Assembly: GCA_041658285.1 (NCBI GenBank)
Contig: JBBAAP010000002.1
Location: forward strand, 119,029-183,028
Reading direction: 5' to 3'
Origin: Candidatus Brocadiia bacterium
GTDB taxonomy: Bacteria > Planctomycetota > MHYJ01 > JACQXL01
Length of the DNA stretch: 64,000 nt
Below, piece by piece: positions 29,570 through 39,182 of the stretch (its first letter is position 1; every line of letters starts with the position of its first letter). Under the pieces are notes generated by a model, which was not told the DNA's origin, searched no databases, and was given only the letters and a program-made list of their open reading frames with translations. Position numbers and translations under genes: made by a program.

Positions 29570-30307
29570 TTAAATATCCGATTGCGCCTTAATATCACCC
29601 TTGATGCCGATGGTAATTTCGCGAGCCGGTATCTTCTTTTCTGACGACTCAAGCGCCTTTTTGGTGATATGAACCAGGCCGGAACAGCACGGCACCTCCA
29701 TATGCAAAACGGTGATTGACTTGATTTTAGCTGTCTTGAATATGTCCGTAAGTTTTTCCAGGTAATACTGGCTGTCGTCGAGTTTTGGGCAGGCGATAAT
29801 CAGCGATTTACCGCTAATGAAGTCCTGGTGGAAATCGGCATAGGCATAGGAGGTACAGTCTGCCGCAATGACCAAGTCGCGATTCTGCAGAAACGGCGCG
29901 GTGGACGGCACCAGCATCAACTGGATAGGCCAATTAGCCAGCCGGGAATCGGGCCGGACAGAGAACGGAGCGGTGGCTGACGGACAACGCTCATTGCTCA
30001 AATCCCTAACCTGGCTGGACGGGCAACCGCAGGGCAAAGTCTTGGCGGCCGCCTGCTCCTTATGTTTTTCGGCCGCGGCCAGGCTAAATGGAGACACCTC
30101 GCGATTTTCGATAGTAATAGCGCCTTCGGGGCATTCGCCGATGCAAGCACCTAAGCCGTCGCAGTAGGTCTCGCTGACCAATTTAGCCTTGCCGTTGACT
30201 ATTTTCAGAGCCCCTTCAACACAACCAGTAACGCATTGACCACAACCGGTGCATTTGGACTCGTCTATCTTAACTATCTTTCTTTTTGTCTTCATCGCGT
30301 CTTTCAT
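29570..30307 (-). CDS. 2x[4Fe-4S] ferredoxin-domain iron-sulfur protein
   Basis: CTGCGQCVTGC, CDGLGACIGECP, LANWPIQL, CPKLD, MEVPCC. Confidence 0.88.
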   Translation of the reverse strand: MKDAMKTKRKIVKIDESKCTGCGQCVTGCVEGALKIVNGKAKLVSETYCDGLGACIGECPEGAITIENREVSPFSLAAAEKHKEQAAAKTLPCGCPSSQVRDLSNERCPSATAPFSVRPDSRLANWPIQLMLVPSTAPFLQNRDLVIAADCTSYAYADFHQDFISGKSLIIACPKLDDSQYYLEKLTDIFKTAKIKSITVLHMEVPCCSGLVHITKKALESSEKKIPAREITIGIKGDIKAQSDI

Positions 30308-30608
30308 ATTTGCTGTCCTTTTCCATATTTAATAATGTTTTCTTATTGACATCCCCTGTTTCAACGGCGCAGGGTGCGTCCTTTTCCACATCCTTCAAAT
30401 CACGGCCAATGCAATATTTAGCATGCTGGCACCACTCGGCACAGCCAAGATCAAGCTTAGGATTCCGGAAACGATGTCCGCATTTTTTACAACGCCGATA
30501 GACATCATCCTTCCAAAACTCAACCCCGGCCCGGCATTTTGGGCAGGCGACATCGAATATGTCCTCGGGCTTCCAGAACCTGGTATCCTGTCCCGGGCAT
30601 CCACCCAT
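30270..30608 (-). CDS. Small Cys-rich (Zn-ribbon-like) protein
   Basis: CPGQD..CPKC..EFWKDD..CKKCG..DLGCAEWC..AKYC; SD GAGGTG. Confidence 0.75.
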   Translation of the reverse strand: MGGCPGQDTRFWKPEDIFDVACPKCRAGVEFWKDDVYRRCKKCGHRFRNPKLDLGCAEWCQHAKYCIGRDLKDVEKDAPCAVETGDVNKKTLLNMEKDSKYERRDEDKKKDS

Positions 30609-30703
30609 AAATCACCTCATCATTCAACGAATAACGGTTATCATAAATAGATTTTACGAGGCTGTGACGGAATGTCAATATAAATTTTCCAATAATTCTT
30701 ATT

Positions 30704-30739
30704 TTTTTGTAGTAAAATGGCCTCGCCGATCATATATAT
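30704..30739 (+). repeat. Perfect 36-bp direct repeat, copy 1 (putative ECF promoter)
   Basis: tttttgtagtaaaatggcctcgccgatcatatatat, identical to 31395-31430. Confidence 0.9.
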
Positions 30740-30811
30740 ATTAGGAAAGGAGATAAATGGCTATCCTAAAGGAACTAATCGCCTGCCAACCATTAAGAAA
30801 GGAGTAAATAT

Positions 30812-31285
30812 ATGTTCCGTATTAAAAGAAAAGACGACGACCCAAGTATGGAAATAAACATGACTCCGATGATTGACGTGATTTTTCAGCTGATTATCTT
30901 CTTTATGTGCTCGATTCATTTCAAGTCATTGGAAGGAAAACTGCAGTCTTATCTGCCAAAGAATAAAGGCCCAGAACCGACTATCGTTACAGAACCAGAT
31001 GATCTAAATGAAGTGCGTATCAAGCTTATCTATAGCCCGGATAGCAAACCGCTGATGAGCAAAATTGTAATCGGCACCGAGAACATACCGGATTGGGACG
31101 CTCTGGAAAAACGGGTAACCTCAATTACGGCGGATCAGAGAAATCGAATAACCGAAAAACCTATCCCATTCAAGATAGACCCTCAACTTAAGGTACCAAC
31201 CCAGGCAGTTATTAATGTAATCAATATATGTAAAAAGGCAGGTGTCAGCAAGATAGAATTTGCGTACAAGCCGCCGGATAAGTAA
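30812..31285 (+). CDS. exbD: ExbD/TolR-family biopolymer transporter subunit
   Basis: INMTPMIDVIFQLIIFFM; C-terminal ..VINVINICKKAGVSKIEF. Confidence 0.85.
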   Translation: MFRIKRKDDDPSMEINMTPMIDVIFQLIIFFMCSIHFKSLEGKLQSYLPKNKGPEPTIVTEPDDLNEVRIKLIYSPDSKPLMSKIVIGTENIPDWDALEKRVTSITADQRNRITEKPIPFKIDPQLKVPTQAVINVINICKKAGVSKIEFAYKPPDK

Positions 31286-31394
31286 TTATTTACCGGATGG
31301 CATCACGACTTCAGGCGTGGTCAAGGCAAAAGCTATGCCAACCGGGCATTATTTATCTTTACTTTGACAAATATTTTTTTATAATATTCTCAGA

Positions 31395-31430
31395 TTTTTG
31401 TAGTAAAATGGCCTCGCCGATCATATATAT
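31395..31430 (+). repeat. Perfect 36-bp direct repeat, copy 2 (upstream of the ECF sigma gene)
   Basis: Identical to 30704-30739. Confidence 0.9.
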
Positions 31431-31482
31431 GGTAGAGGGAAGTGTTAATATCCCGGCTTTTTGGGGCAGAAAGGCGTTTTGA

Positions 31483-32076
31483 GTGGATAATAAGCCTCAG
31501 GAACAGGATAACCTAAAAGGAGGTACTGATAACCGGGCGCCTGATATCGAGTTGGTCCGAGCCTCTAAAAAAGGCGACAAGAAAGCCTTTGAGGAGCTGA
31601 TTAACAGGTATTATAAGGCTGTTTTCGGGTATATTTACCTGCGGGTAAATAACCAACTTACAAGCGAAGAGCTGACGCAAGAGACCTTTTTACGCGGTTA
31701 CAGGTCACTTCGAAAGCTGTCAGCCAGAACCGGGTTTGCCGAGTGGCTCTTTACCATTGCCCGAAACTGTCATGGCGAATGGGTTCGTGACCAAAAGCGT
31801 GCAATCAGTCATAAAACCGAAACCATGGAATCGGCTAAATCGACCGATCCGGAGCTGATAACCAAGGCCGGCAATGCCGAAAAGGAGAGACTGGAAGACC
31901 TGATGCACCTGATGAAGGAACTGCCGGAAAATCATTACCTGCTGTTAACTATGCGGTTCCAACAGGGAATGAGTTGTGAAGAAATCGCCCGGGCGCTTGA
32001 CCAACCGGTCGGAACGGTAACCGGCACCCTGGCACGAGCTTATAAATTACTGAAAGATGGGCTTAAGTATGAATAA
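31483..32076 (+). CDS. ECF-family RNA polymerase sigma factor
   Basis: GDKKAFEELINRY, EELTQETFLR, WLFTIARN, region 4 GMSCEEIA..PVGTV..LARA. Confidence 0.92.
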   Translation: MDNKPQEQDNLKGGTDNRAPDIELVRASKKGDKKAFEELINRYYKAVFGYIYLRVNNQLTSEELTQETFLRGYRSLRKLSARTGFAEWLFTIARNCHGEWVRDQKRAISHKTETMESAKSTDPELITKAGNAEKERLEDLMHLMKELPENHYLLLTMRFQQGMSCEEIARALDQPVGTVTGTLARAYKLLKDGLKYE

Positions 32077-32629
32077 TTTTGACGAAAATGATAAATCAGC
32101 CATGACAGAGCCGGAGCTGCCTAAAGAGCTGGAAGGCATGCTTAAAGAAACCTTTAAGAGAATGTCTCCGCCTAATACGGCCGCGCTGAACTGCAAAATG
32201 CATATCGCCGGAATGCCTAAACCGTCGGAAAGCATTTGGCTGTATCCTATTATTTACCCGGCGGCAGCGGTTGTTTTAAGCATCCTAAGCATTTTTATAA
32301 TGATGAACTATATGGTTTCTCCTGACCTAGCGCGGGAAACCAGCTTGGTCGCCGATAAGGAAATAACCTTGACCGACGGAACTATTCTGGGCATCGGCAA
32401 GGAGTCGTCGGTTAAGATAGAGGAAAACAACCGGACGCTGGTTCTGGAAAAAGGCTGGCTCAGGGTCAATTGCCCAACCGCATCCGGATTGCCCGGACAG
32501 AATAAATTGCGCATTATTGCTCCGGCCGGCACAATAATAAATAAAGGCGATAATTTTATGGCCGGTTATTCGTCATCATCAAGAACCTTCTCCGTATGGG
32601 GAAGTATTGAACTTTTAACTTCTAAATAG
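32069..32629 (+). CDS. Putative anti-sigma factor (TM plus truncated FecR-like domain)
   Basis: Coupled to the ECF gene; one TM; LTDGTILGIGKESSV..LEKG FecR-like pattern. Confidence 0.65.
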   Translation: MNNFDENDKSAMTEPELPKELEGMLKETFKRMSPPNTAALNCKMHIAGMPKPSESIWLYPIIYPAAAVVLSILSIFIMMNYMVSPDLARETSLVADKEITLTDGTILGIGKESSVKIEENNRTLVLEKGWLRVNCPTASGLPGQNKLRIIAPAGTIINKGDNFMAGYSSSSRTFSVWGSIELLTSK

Positions 32630-32638
32630 GAGGCAATT

Positions 32639-35600
32639 ATGAACAGATTTACAGCTGACAAAAAAGGCGTCGTCTTCATAGTGGTTCTGGGTATTCTGGT
32701 TCTGCTGGTACTTCTGGGCGTAACCTTCAGCCTGGTAGCCCGGATCGACAAGACCAGCTCGGCTTCTTACGCAGACCGAGTCCGGGCTAAGATGATTGCC
32801 CAAAGCGGCATCGAAACAGCTATCGCTAAAATTAAAGCAACCAACGCTCAATTTCCACCCGAAGCCATGTACTGGGGCGAGGATGCCAATAAAAACGGCA
32901 AGCTCGATGCGGATGAAGACCAGAATAAAAATGGCATACTTAACGTGGCCGACTGCCCGCTGGATTACGCACTCCGGCCATCATTCGCAACAGTTGATAA
33001 AGATGATAAACCTAAAACTTTCCAGTTCAAGAACCACAAACGCGGATATTCGGGCGAACTACCAGCTGTTACAAGTGGGACTTCGGATACCTTCGCCATA
33101 AAAATAACCGATTGCAACAGCATGATCTGCATCAACAGCGAAAGCAAAGGGCTGGAACAAATACTCAATAACATAGGTATTATCCTAGACCTGGGCGATA
33201 ATCTCGGCTCCAGGATTATCAACGTCCGCTATTCGCTGGCCACCAAGAAATTTTCCACCAAGGAAGAGTTAAAAACAACCCTGGGCACGGATACCTACAA
33301 CAAAGTATCCCCCTACCTGACCGTTTACGCCTATATCAACGAAAAAGTTGTCAAGCCCAAACCGCTGTCCGAAAGGCCCTGCCGAACGCTGGACGGCAAC
33401 AAACGCCAACTTGAAGTAGGAAGCAATGTCTATACCTGGGCTTCTCTTAACCCGGGCAAACTGGAACTTGAAAAACGCGCCCCGATAAACATCAACGTCG
33501 CGGCCAAACCCATCCTTATGGCGGTATTCGGCAATATTGAGGGTTTCTACCTTAAGGAAGAGGATGTTTCCACCGCTGGTCTTGAATTTCCACCAACAAT
33601 ATCAACATATAAAGATGACGGAATAAATAATGCTCAAAGGATAGGAATTATTCAATCTACCAGTATTGACCTGAAAAAAATCGGGCAAAATAGTTTGGCC
33701 GAACAAATTGCCGACAAAATAATAACGAAAAGAGCAGAAAAACAATTTTCATCTTGGGATGATTTCGATAACTTCCTTAAGGATTTAATCTATGATGGAA
33801 CTCTGGGTGCAAGCAGCGATATAAAAACAGAAGCTCTTTATGATATTATCAGAGCAAATGCAAATCCAAACACTTTATTGAATGATTTCAACCCGAACAA
33901 AACTACTTGGCGCTTTGTGGACAAGGCTGATTTAAATATTTATACAACCGAATTTTGCTTCCAACCTATGGGCTATTTTGAAATCGAGTCCCAAGGCCTG
34001 TTGTCAACACCAACCCCAAGCACTTCAGGCACCCCAATTGCCGAATTACCCCGCAGAATACTCTCCGATTATCGAATAAAATGCATTGTTAAACTTTGGG
34101 AAAATATCTACCAAACTACTCAAAAAGACTTTTCCAACGGAACTATATCCAAAATACCATCGGGCGAAATGTATAATACTTCTACCGGCGACAACCAAGC
34201 ACTTCAGCTTTATCCAGAACCTGCCATAAATGATTACCCCAAGAATTGTGAAGCTGACGGCCAAATTATGCTGGCCACACTTCAGAATACCGCTTCAAAA
34301 CAAAGCGTAAAAATGAGACTTCATTTCGATAAAGCATTAAAAGCTAATGACAGTTGGACCCAGGATGTCGACATTGAGGAAGAAACAGAGGAGGCCGACG
34401 CCAACCTGGTTCCTCATGGCGCATCCTTCAATCGGCCCAATACCAAGAGTCTTTTCAATGACTCCAAGGAAGGCCCCGGATCGCTTTACCCAGATGGAGC
34501 TTATTCGGAATGGGGCGCTACTCCAACATATCACAAAAGTAATTTTGTCGCTTACGAGAAACAAAAAGACCCTAAAACAGGCCAAGATAAACCAACGCAA
34601 AGATTATACGGCTCATTATCCTTCTGGTTAAAATCAAACTATATTAACACCGAAAGATATAGCAGCACAAAGCCAAGAATATTATTCTCGGCTACCAGAT
34701 GCAGTATCGCGGAGATCAGGGCTGGCGTTAACCAAACACTCAACACAACTGTTTTTGAGCTTTTCGCGTTCCCTTATAAATATCTCGAGTACCCTAAACA
34801 TGAATTTGTTAAAAACGACAGTAGCGGCGTCTGGCGAAATTATTTGTTATTCCAGCCCAAAGGAAGATATTTGTGGTTTTGGGAAATCGATCAACGGCCA
34901 AGCGTAACAACTGCCGATGAATACATGGTAACCAATGATTATGTAAGCTCTGATTCAAGTATGAACTCCGGATTAGGAAGACACAACCGAAATGAATGGA
35001 CTCATATCGCTATTGTATGGGACAGTGACCCAAAAACTGGAGTTTCATCATTTCCCTCACCATGCTCAACTTGCGGTGCTGATGGACAAGTCCCGATCCC
35101 CTGTAGTAACTGCGATTCAAATGGAAAGGAAAAAGTGGCGACAGGAAGTGAAGAATGCAAGATCTGCAATGGAACAAAAACTGTCCCTAAATACTGTCCT
35201 ACTTGCGGAGGAAATGGGCGAGTAAACGAAAAATATGAAGACATCGGAAACTGTCCAAAATGTAACGGAACGAAAAAAGAAGAAACCACAACAAAAGAGA
35301 CATGTACTCAATGCAACGGCACTATGAAAATTACAGAAAACTGCAAGAAATGCGGAGGACAAGGATTTACTCCAGGCCTGCCTCCTTACGGCCAAGATCC
35401 CTGCAAAGCATGCAATGAAACAGGAAAAAAAGAAGTTAAATGCCCAGGATGTAAAGACGGATCAATCGATGTCCCGACAGGTCAATTCAAAAATTGTACC
35501 AGATGCGGTGGCTCAGGAAAGGAAAAAGTGCTAAAAAATAGGGGCATACCTTGTACTGCCCCCGGATGCGACAAAGGGGTACTTACTGGTCAAACAAGTC

Positions 35601-36415
35601 CATGCCCTTCTTGTAAAGGTTCTGGGATGACTGATGTAAAGCTTGATTGTCCCGTCTGCGGCGGTAAAGATAGAGTACGTAAGGATAGCCAGGGTAATCC
35701 AGTTACTACGGGTTGCAGCAAATGTGCTGGAACCGGCGCGATAATAACAGAATTTACTGAAAGAAGTGTTCAAAGTTGTTTCGCCCTAATAGTTAATGAT
35801 TCTATATACATCAATGATGTCTGCTGGAAACAAGCTAAAACCCCTCCGGAAGCACCAAATGAGTATCCTGATTTTTCCGCCGGATACAATCTTCTCAGGT
35901 TGGGCGAAAGATATGGTTCACAAATTTGGAATTTTGGAGCCGATTCAACAATTGATGAATTCTCAATAAACCAATATGATTTATCTAAAGAAGCTCAGGA
36001 ATTAGCAATCCAAGAATTCCACAACGGACGTTATTATAAGGGCGAAGCAACATTCACATCTGACTTGGTCCAAATCTTTACACCAACTGGAGATACCAAT
36101 TCTATGAATGCCTCGGTATCATGGACGGCATATTACCCAAAGGATTGGGATACATCAAAAAGAGGAGTAGAAATACAATTTTTTGACGAATCAAACACCT
36201 CCATATCAGAAGCTCTTTCAGACCCTGAAGGAAGCGACTTCACAATACCTCTCAATAAAACAAAAGGATATGCAACCAAAATCAAATACAAATTACTTTT
36301 CCACGGAGACACTGATGACTTAAATACCCCCCTTTTGGAAAGCCCAATATTTGACGATATAACAATAAAGATTATTTACCCTGAACCTATGGTTCTAAAA
36401 TGGTCTTCGGAGTAA
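32639..36415 (+). CDS. Giant PilX/GspK-like protein with a LamG-like domain and a 14-fold Cys-pair insertion
   Basis: KKG|VVFIVVLGILVLL..A..IAQSGIETA PilX-type N-terminus; GspK-like HhH-type segment; LSFWLK and WTHIAIVWD LamG strands; CxxCxGxG repeats at aa ~809-1029. Confidence 0.75.
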   Translation: MNRFTADKKGVVFIVVLGILVLLVLLGVTFSLVARIDKTSSASYADRVRAKMIAQSGIETAIAKIKATNAQFPPEAMYWGEDANKNGKLDADEDQNKNGILNVADCPLDYALRPSFATVDKDDKPKTFQFKNHKRGYSGELPAVTSGTSDTFAIKITDCNSMICINSESKGLEQILNNIGIILDLGDNLGSRIINVRYSLATKKFSTKEELKTTLGTDTYNKVSPYLTVYAYINEKVVKPKPLSERPCRTLDGNKRQLEVGSNVYTWASLNPGKLELEKRAPININVAAKPILMAVFGNIEGFYLKEEDVSTAGLEFPPTISTYKDDGINNAQRIGIIQSTSIDLKKIGQNSLAEQIADKIITKRAEKQFSSWDDFDNFLKDLIYDGTLGASSDIKTEALYDIIRANANPNTLLNDFNPNKTTWRFVDKADLNIYTTEFCFQPMGYFEIESQGLLSTPTPSTSGTPIAELPRRILSDYRIKCIVKLWENIYQTTQKDFSNGTISKIPSGEMYNTSTGDNQALQLYPEPAINDYPKNCEADGQIMLATLQNTASKQSVKMRLHFDKALKANDSWTQDVDIEEETEEADANLVPHGASFNRPNTKSLFNDSKEGPGSLYPDGAYSEWGATPTYHKSNFVAYEKQKDPKTGQDKPTQRLYGSLSFWLKSNYINTERYSSTKPRILFSATRCSIAEIRAGVNQTLNTTVFELFAFPYKYLEYPKHEFVKNDSSGVWRNYLLFQPKGRYLWFWEIDQRPSVTTADEYMVTNDYVSSDSSMNSGLGRHNRNEWTHIAIVWDSDPKTGVSSFPSPCSTCGADGQVPIPCSNCDSNGKEKVATGSEECKICNGTKTVPKYCPTCGGNGRVNEKYEDIGNCPKCNGTKKEETTTKETCTQCNGTMKITENCKKCGGQGFTPGLPPYGQDPCKACNETGKKEVKCPGCKDGSIDVPTGQFKNCTRCGGSGKEKVLKNRGIPCTAPGCDKGVLTGQTSPCPSCKGSGMTDVKLDCPVCGGKDRVRKDSQGNPVTTGCSKCAGTGAIITEFTERSVQSCFALIVNDSIYINDVCWKQAKTPPEAPNEYPDFSAGYNLLRLGERYGSQIWNFGADSTIDEFSINQYDLSKEAQELAIQEFHNGRYYKGEATFTSDLVQIFTPTGDTNSMNASVSWTAYYPKDWDTSKRGVEIQFFDESNTSISEALSDPEGSDFTIPLNKTKGYATKIKYKLLFHGDTDDLNTPLLESPIFDDITIKIIYPEPMVLKWSSE

Positions 36416-36425
36416 ACTTACTGAT

Positions 36426-37598
36426 ATGCCTCAAATTAATGTTCCCCGGATTATTCTAATCCTCCTATTAATCCTGGGAATTAATACAACTCTTTATGCG
36501 GACGAAAAAAAAGTCGAGATCGAAGTTTTCACTTCAATTAGCAACGCAAATAAACCGTCTGAATTATTACTAATTGAGTTAAAAACAAACATTCCTAAAG
36601 AAACACTTATGGTAATGAACATTAGCGGAACTATTTACCGTTCAAATAGCTTAAAAAATATTGCCGTCTCGACCTTACGTGCGGAAATCGACAAAAAAGG
36701 CTATTGCTCAGCGAAATCCTTAACTGTCAAACTTAATGTGTGCGAAGAATATAAAATCGAGGTATCAATTGACAGTGATTACTTGAGAAACAAAGAAAAA
36801 CCGCTAAAAAAGCAGGGTTATAATATTGAGGACCTTTCAAAAATAAGAATAATACATTCTATTAACCTTGCATCTCCGTCCTTATCTATGAAAAGGCAAA
36901 AAAGCGCTTTATCCATAGCGGCAGAACTGCGCAAATTGATTAATTTACAACCGGATATCGCCAGATGCATGCAAGAATATAAGTCCTTATCATCTAATAT
37001 AGAACTTTCGAATCAACTTAAAAGAATACAACAAACTATGTCTAAGGAAAATTTCTTCCTTGATACCGCAGATTATATCCAACAAATAACCAAACGAATA
37101 TATTTATACGAATTATCCCTTAACTCCAACCCGCAGGAAACTCTTGTTAAACTCCCAACCCCAGAAGAAATGAGTATTGCTTATAATGTTTTTAGCGAAG
37201 AAATCGGCTTTAAAATTCATCAGGATTTACTCTATTTGATAAAAACCTACCAGGAATCGCTTGGCGATAATCTAGGAAATATGCAAAATAATATCACCCT
37301 CGAAAATATAAATCAAAAAAAATGGGTCAGTGCAAATACTAATTCAAAAAAACTCCTGGATCAAATTATTGAGGAATGCGCCGCTTACAAAACAGTCGGC
37401 AATTTCCCTGACAATAGTTACTCGAAAAAAATAGACTACTTTATAGCTGCTTGTTCAAAAACAGACACCTTAAGGGAATCTCTAATCAATCTCGTTAAGG
37501 AACCAAACAACACTAATTTCTTAAAGATTGCAAAACAAAACTGGCGTGTAGTATTAGAGCATTTAAGCGCCATCAAGCTTGTTACCCAACAAAAATAA
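36426..37598 (+). CDS. Hypothetical exported protein, low GC
   Basis: 390-aa ORF with a signal-peptide-like start; no motif recognised. Confidence 0.7.
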   Translation: MPQINVPRIILILLLILGINTTLYADEKKVEIEVFTSISNANKPSELLLIELKTNIPKETLMVMNISGTIYRSNSLKNIAVSTLRAEIDKKGYCSAKSLTVKLNVCEEYKIEVSIDSDYLRNKEKPLKKQGYNIEDLSKIRIIHSINLASPSLSMKRQKSALSIAAELRKLINLQPDIARCMQEYKSLSSNIELSNQLKRIQQTMSKENFFLDTADYIQQITKRIYLYELSLNSNPQETLVKLPTPEEMSIAYNVFSEEIGFKIHQDLLYLIKTYQESLGDNLGNMQNNITLENINQKKWVSANTNSKKLLDQIIEECAAYKTVGNFPDNSYSKKIDYFIAACSKTDTLRESLINLVKEPNNTNFLKIAKQNWRVVLEHLSAIKLVTQQK

Positions 37599-37603
37599 CA
37601 AGC

Positions 37604-38653
37604 TTATTTATCTAATTTTCCCTTGATAAACTGCGCCCTAAGTATGTCCCGCTCGGTCGCATTGAGCGACTTCTTTTCCATTTTTTGAAGGTGGGACGGC
37701 TGGGTAAGAATAAACAACTCGTTAATCGTTTTAAGAGAAATATCTTTTATCAATCCCGTGGTGATACCCAGCCGGATAACCGAAAAAAGCTCCAGAGCTT
37801 CTTCCGACGAAACTGACCGCGCATAACGAAGCACCCCGTAAGAGCGATAAACCTTGTCTTCCATGCGTTTATGGGAGTCATTGAGCATCTTATCACGGCA
37901 ACCCCGCTCATATTTTACTATCTCCGGGATGATATTAGCCAATTCGCTGGCTATCTCCTTTTCTGATTTTCCCAGGGTCACCTGGTTGGAAATCTGGTAG
38001 AAATCACCGGTTGCTTCCGTGCCTTCGCCGTAAAAACCGCGAACCATTATTTTTATCCGGCCAAGAGCCTGGAATACTTTATTTATCTGCTTAATCATAG
38101 CTAGAGCCGGCAGGTGAAGCATAACCGAAACACGCATGCCGGTCCCGGCGTTGGTAGGACAGGCGGTCAGGTATCCGAACTGCGGCGAAAAAGCATACGG
38201 CAAAACGCTTTCCACCTGGTTATCAAGCGCGTCAAGCTCCTCCCAGGCTTTTTCTATCTGCAAGCCGGATTTGAGGACCTGAAGCCTGAGATGGTCCTCC
38301 TCATTGACCATGATAGCCTGCGATTCCTTACTGTTGACAAAAAGCCCTCTTGCCCCGCTACCCGAAACCATGTCCTTACTTATCAGGTGGCGCTCAACCA
38401 ACAACCCCCTGTCCAGGCTGTTCATTTCTTTCATAAAAAAATAATCCGTGCCAGACTTTGACAGAATCGGTTGAAGTTTGGCCCTGATATACTCCTCTAT
38501 TTCCGACTGCTGTTTCTCATTAGCCATGGTCAGAAAAATAAAGCCGTGAAGATTCCGGGCCAGTCGTACGCGGCTGCTTATAACCACATCAGAATCCGGG
38601 CCGTTACCTTTAATCCATTCCCCGGCCTGCGACAAGAAACTATCGATTTTCAT
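37604..38653 (-). CDS. mcsB: Protein arginine kinase McsB
   Basis: SSRVRLARN, LLVERHLIS, MVNEEDHLR, YLTACPTNAGTG; start re-assigned to MKIDSF at 38653. Confidence 0.93.
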   Translation of the reverse strand: MKIDSFLSQAGEWIKGNGPDSDVVISSRVRLARNLHGFIFLTMANEKQQSEIEEYIRAKLQPILSKSGTDYFFMKEMNSLDRGLLVERHLISKDMVSGSGARGLFVNSKESQAIMVNEEDHLRLQVLKSGLQIEKAWEELDALDNQVESVLPYAFSPQFGYLTACPTNAGTGMRVSVMLHLPALAMIKQINKVFQALGRIKIMVRGFYGEGTEATGDFYQISNQVTLGKSEKEIASELANIIPEIVKYERGCRDKMLNDSHKRMEDKVYRSYGVLRYARSVSSEEALELFSVIRLGITTGLIKDISLKTINELFILTQPSHLQKMEKKSLNATERDILRAQFIKGKLDK

Positions 38654-39182
38654 CTGTTTTTTTATTCTTAGCGGCATTCTTTCTGGCGCCGGATTTCTGC
38701 CGCAAAGAATTGATTTTATCCCTGATTTTAGCGGCTTCCTCGAATTTCTCCTGCCTGACCAATTGCTCCAGTTCTTTCTGCAAATCCTTAATCTCCTTTT
38801 CCTTAAGCACATTAGGGTTAACCTGGGCCGGCACCTTGCCTCTATGGTGGGTGCTATGATGTATCTTTTCCAGTAACGGCTCGACGCCGCCCTTAAAAAC
38901 TTCATAATCATGGGCGCATCCAAACCGCATTTTTGTCTTAAAAAGCAAATAGCTCATCCCGCAATGTTCGCACTTGGCATCAGCCATTTCCTTGACCATT
39001 TTTCCGATAATCGGCTCCATAAAACTGCCCATTATTTCAGCCAGAGAGAAGGGCATTTTATGGGTCACGCCTTCTTTCTGAGCGCAATCGGTGCAGAGAT
39101 GGAGCTCTTGATTAACATTATGATTGACTATCTCAGTCATATGGATAGTCGCCTGTTTTTTATTACACTTACCGCACAGCAT
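38640..39182 (-). CDS. mcsA: McsA (McsB activator, UVR domain)
   Basis: MLCGKC, LCTDCA, CEHCG, GCAHDY, EEAAKIRDKI. Confidence 0.92.
   Translation of the reverse strand: MLCGKCNKKQATIHMTEIVNHNVNQELHLCTDCAQKEGVTHKMPFSLAEIMGSFMEPIIGKMVKEMADAKCEHCGMSYLLFKTKMRFGCAHDYEVFKGGVEPLLEKIHHSTHHRGKVPAQVNPNVLKEKEIKDLQKELEQLVRQEKFEEAAKIRDKINSLRQKSGARKNAAKNKKTDENR

Noticed and set aside
35063-35725. Multiheme cytochrome or DnaJ chaperone
   Set aside because: No CxxCH motifs and no J-domain HPD motif; the repeats lie within an exported pilin-like protein.
37604-38923. 439-aa McsB with a long N-terminal extension
   Set aside because: The extension overlaps mcsA in another frame; homology begins at MKIDSF (38653).
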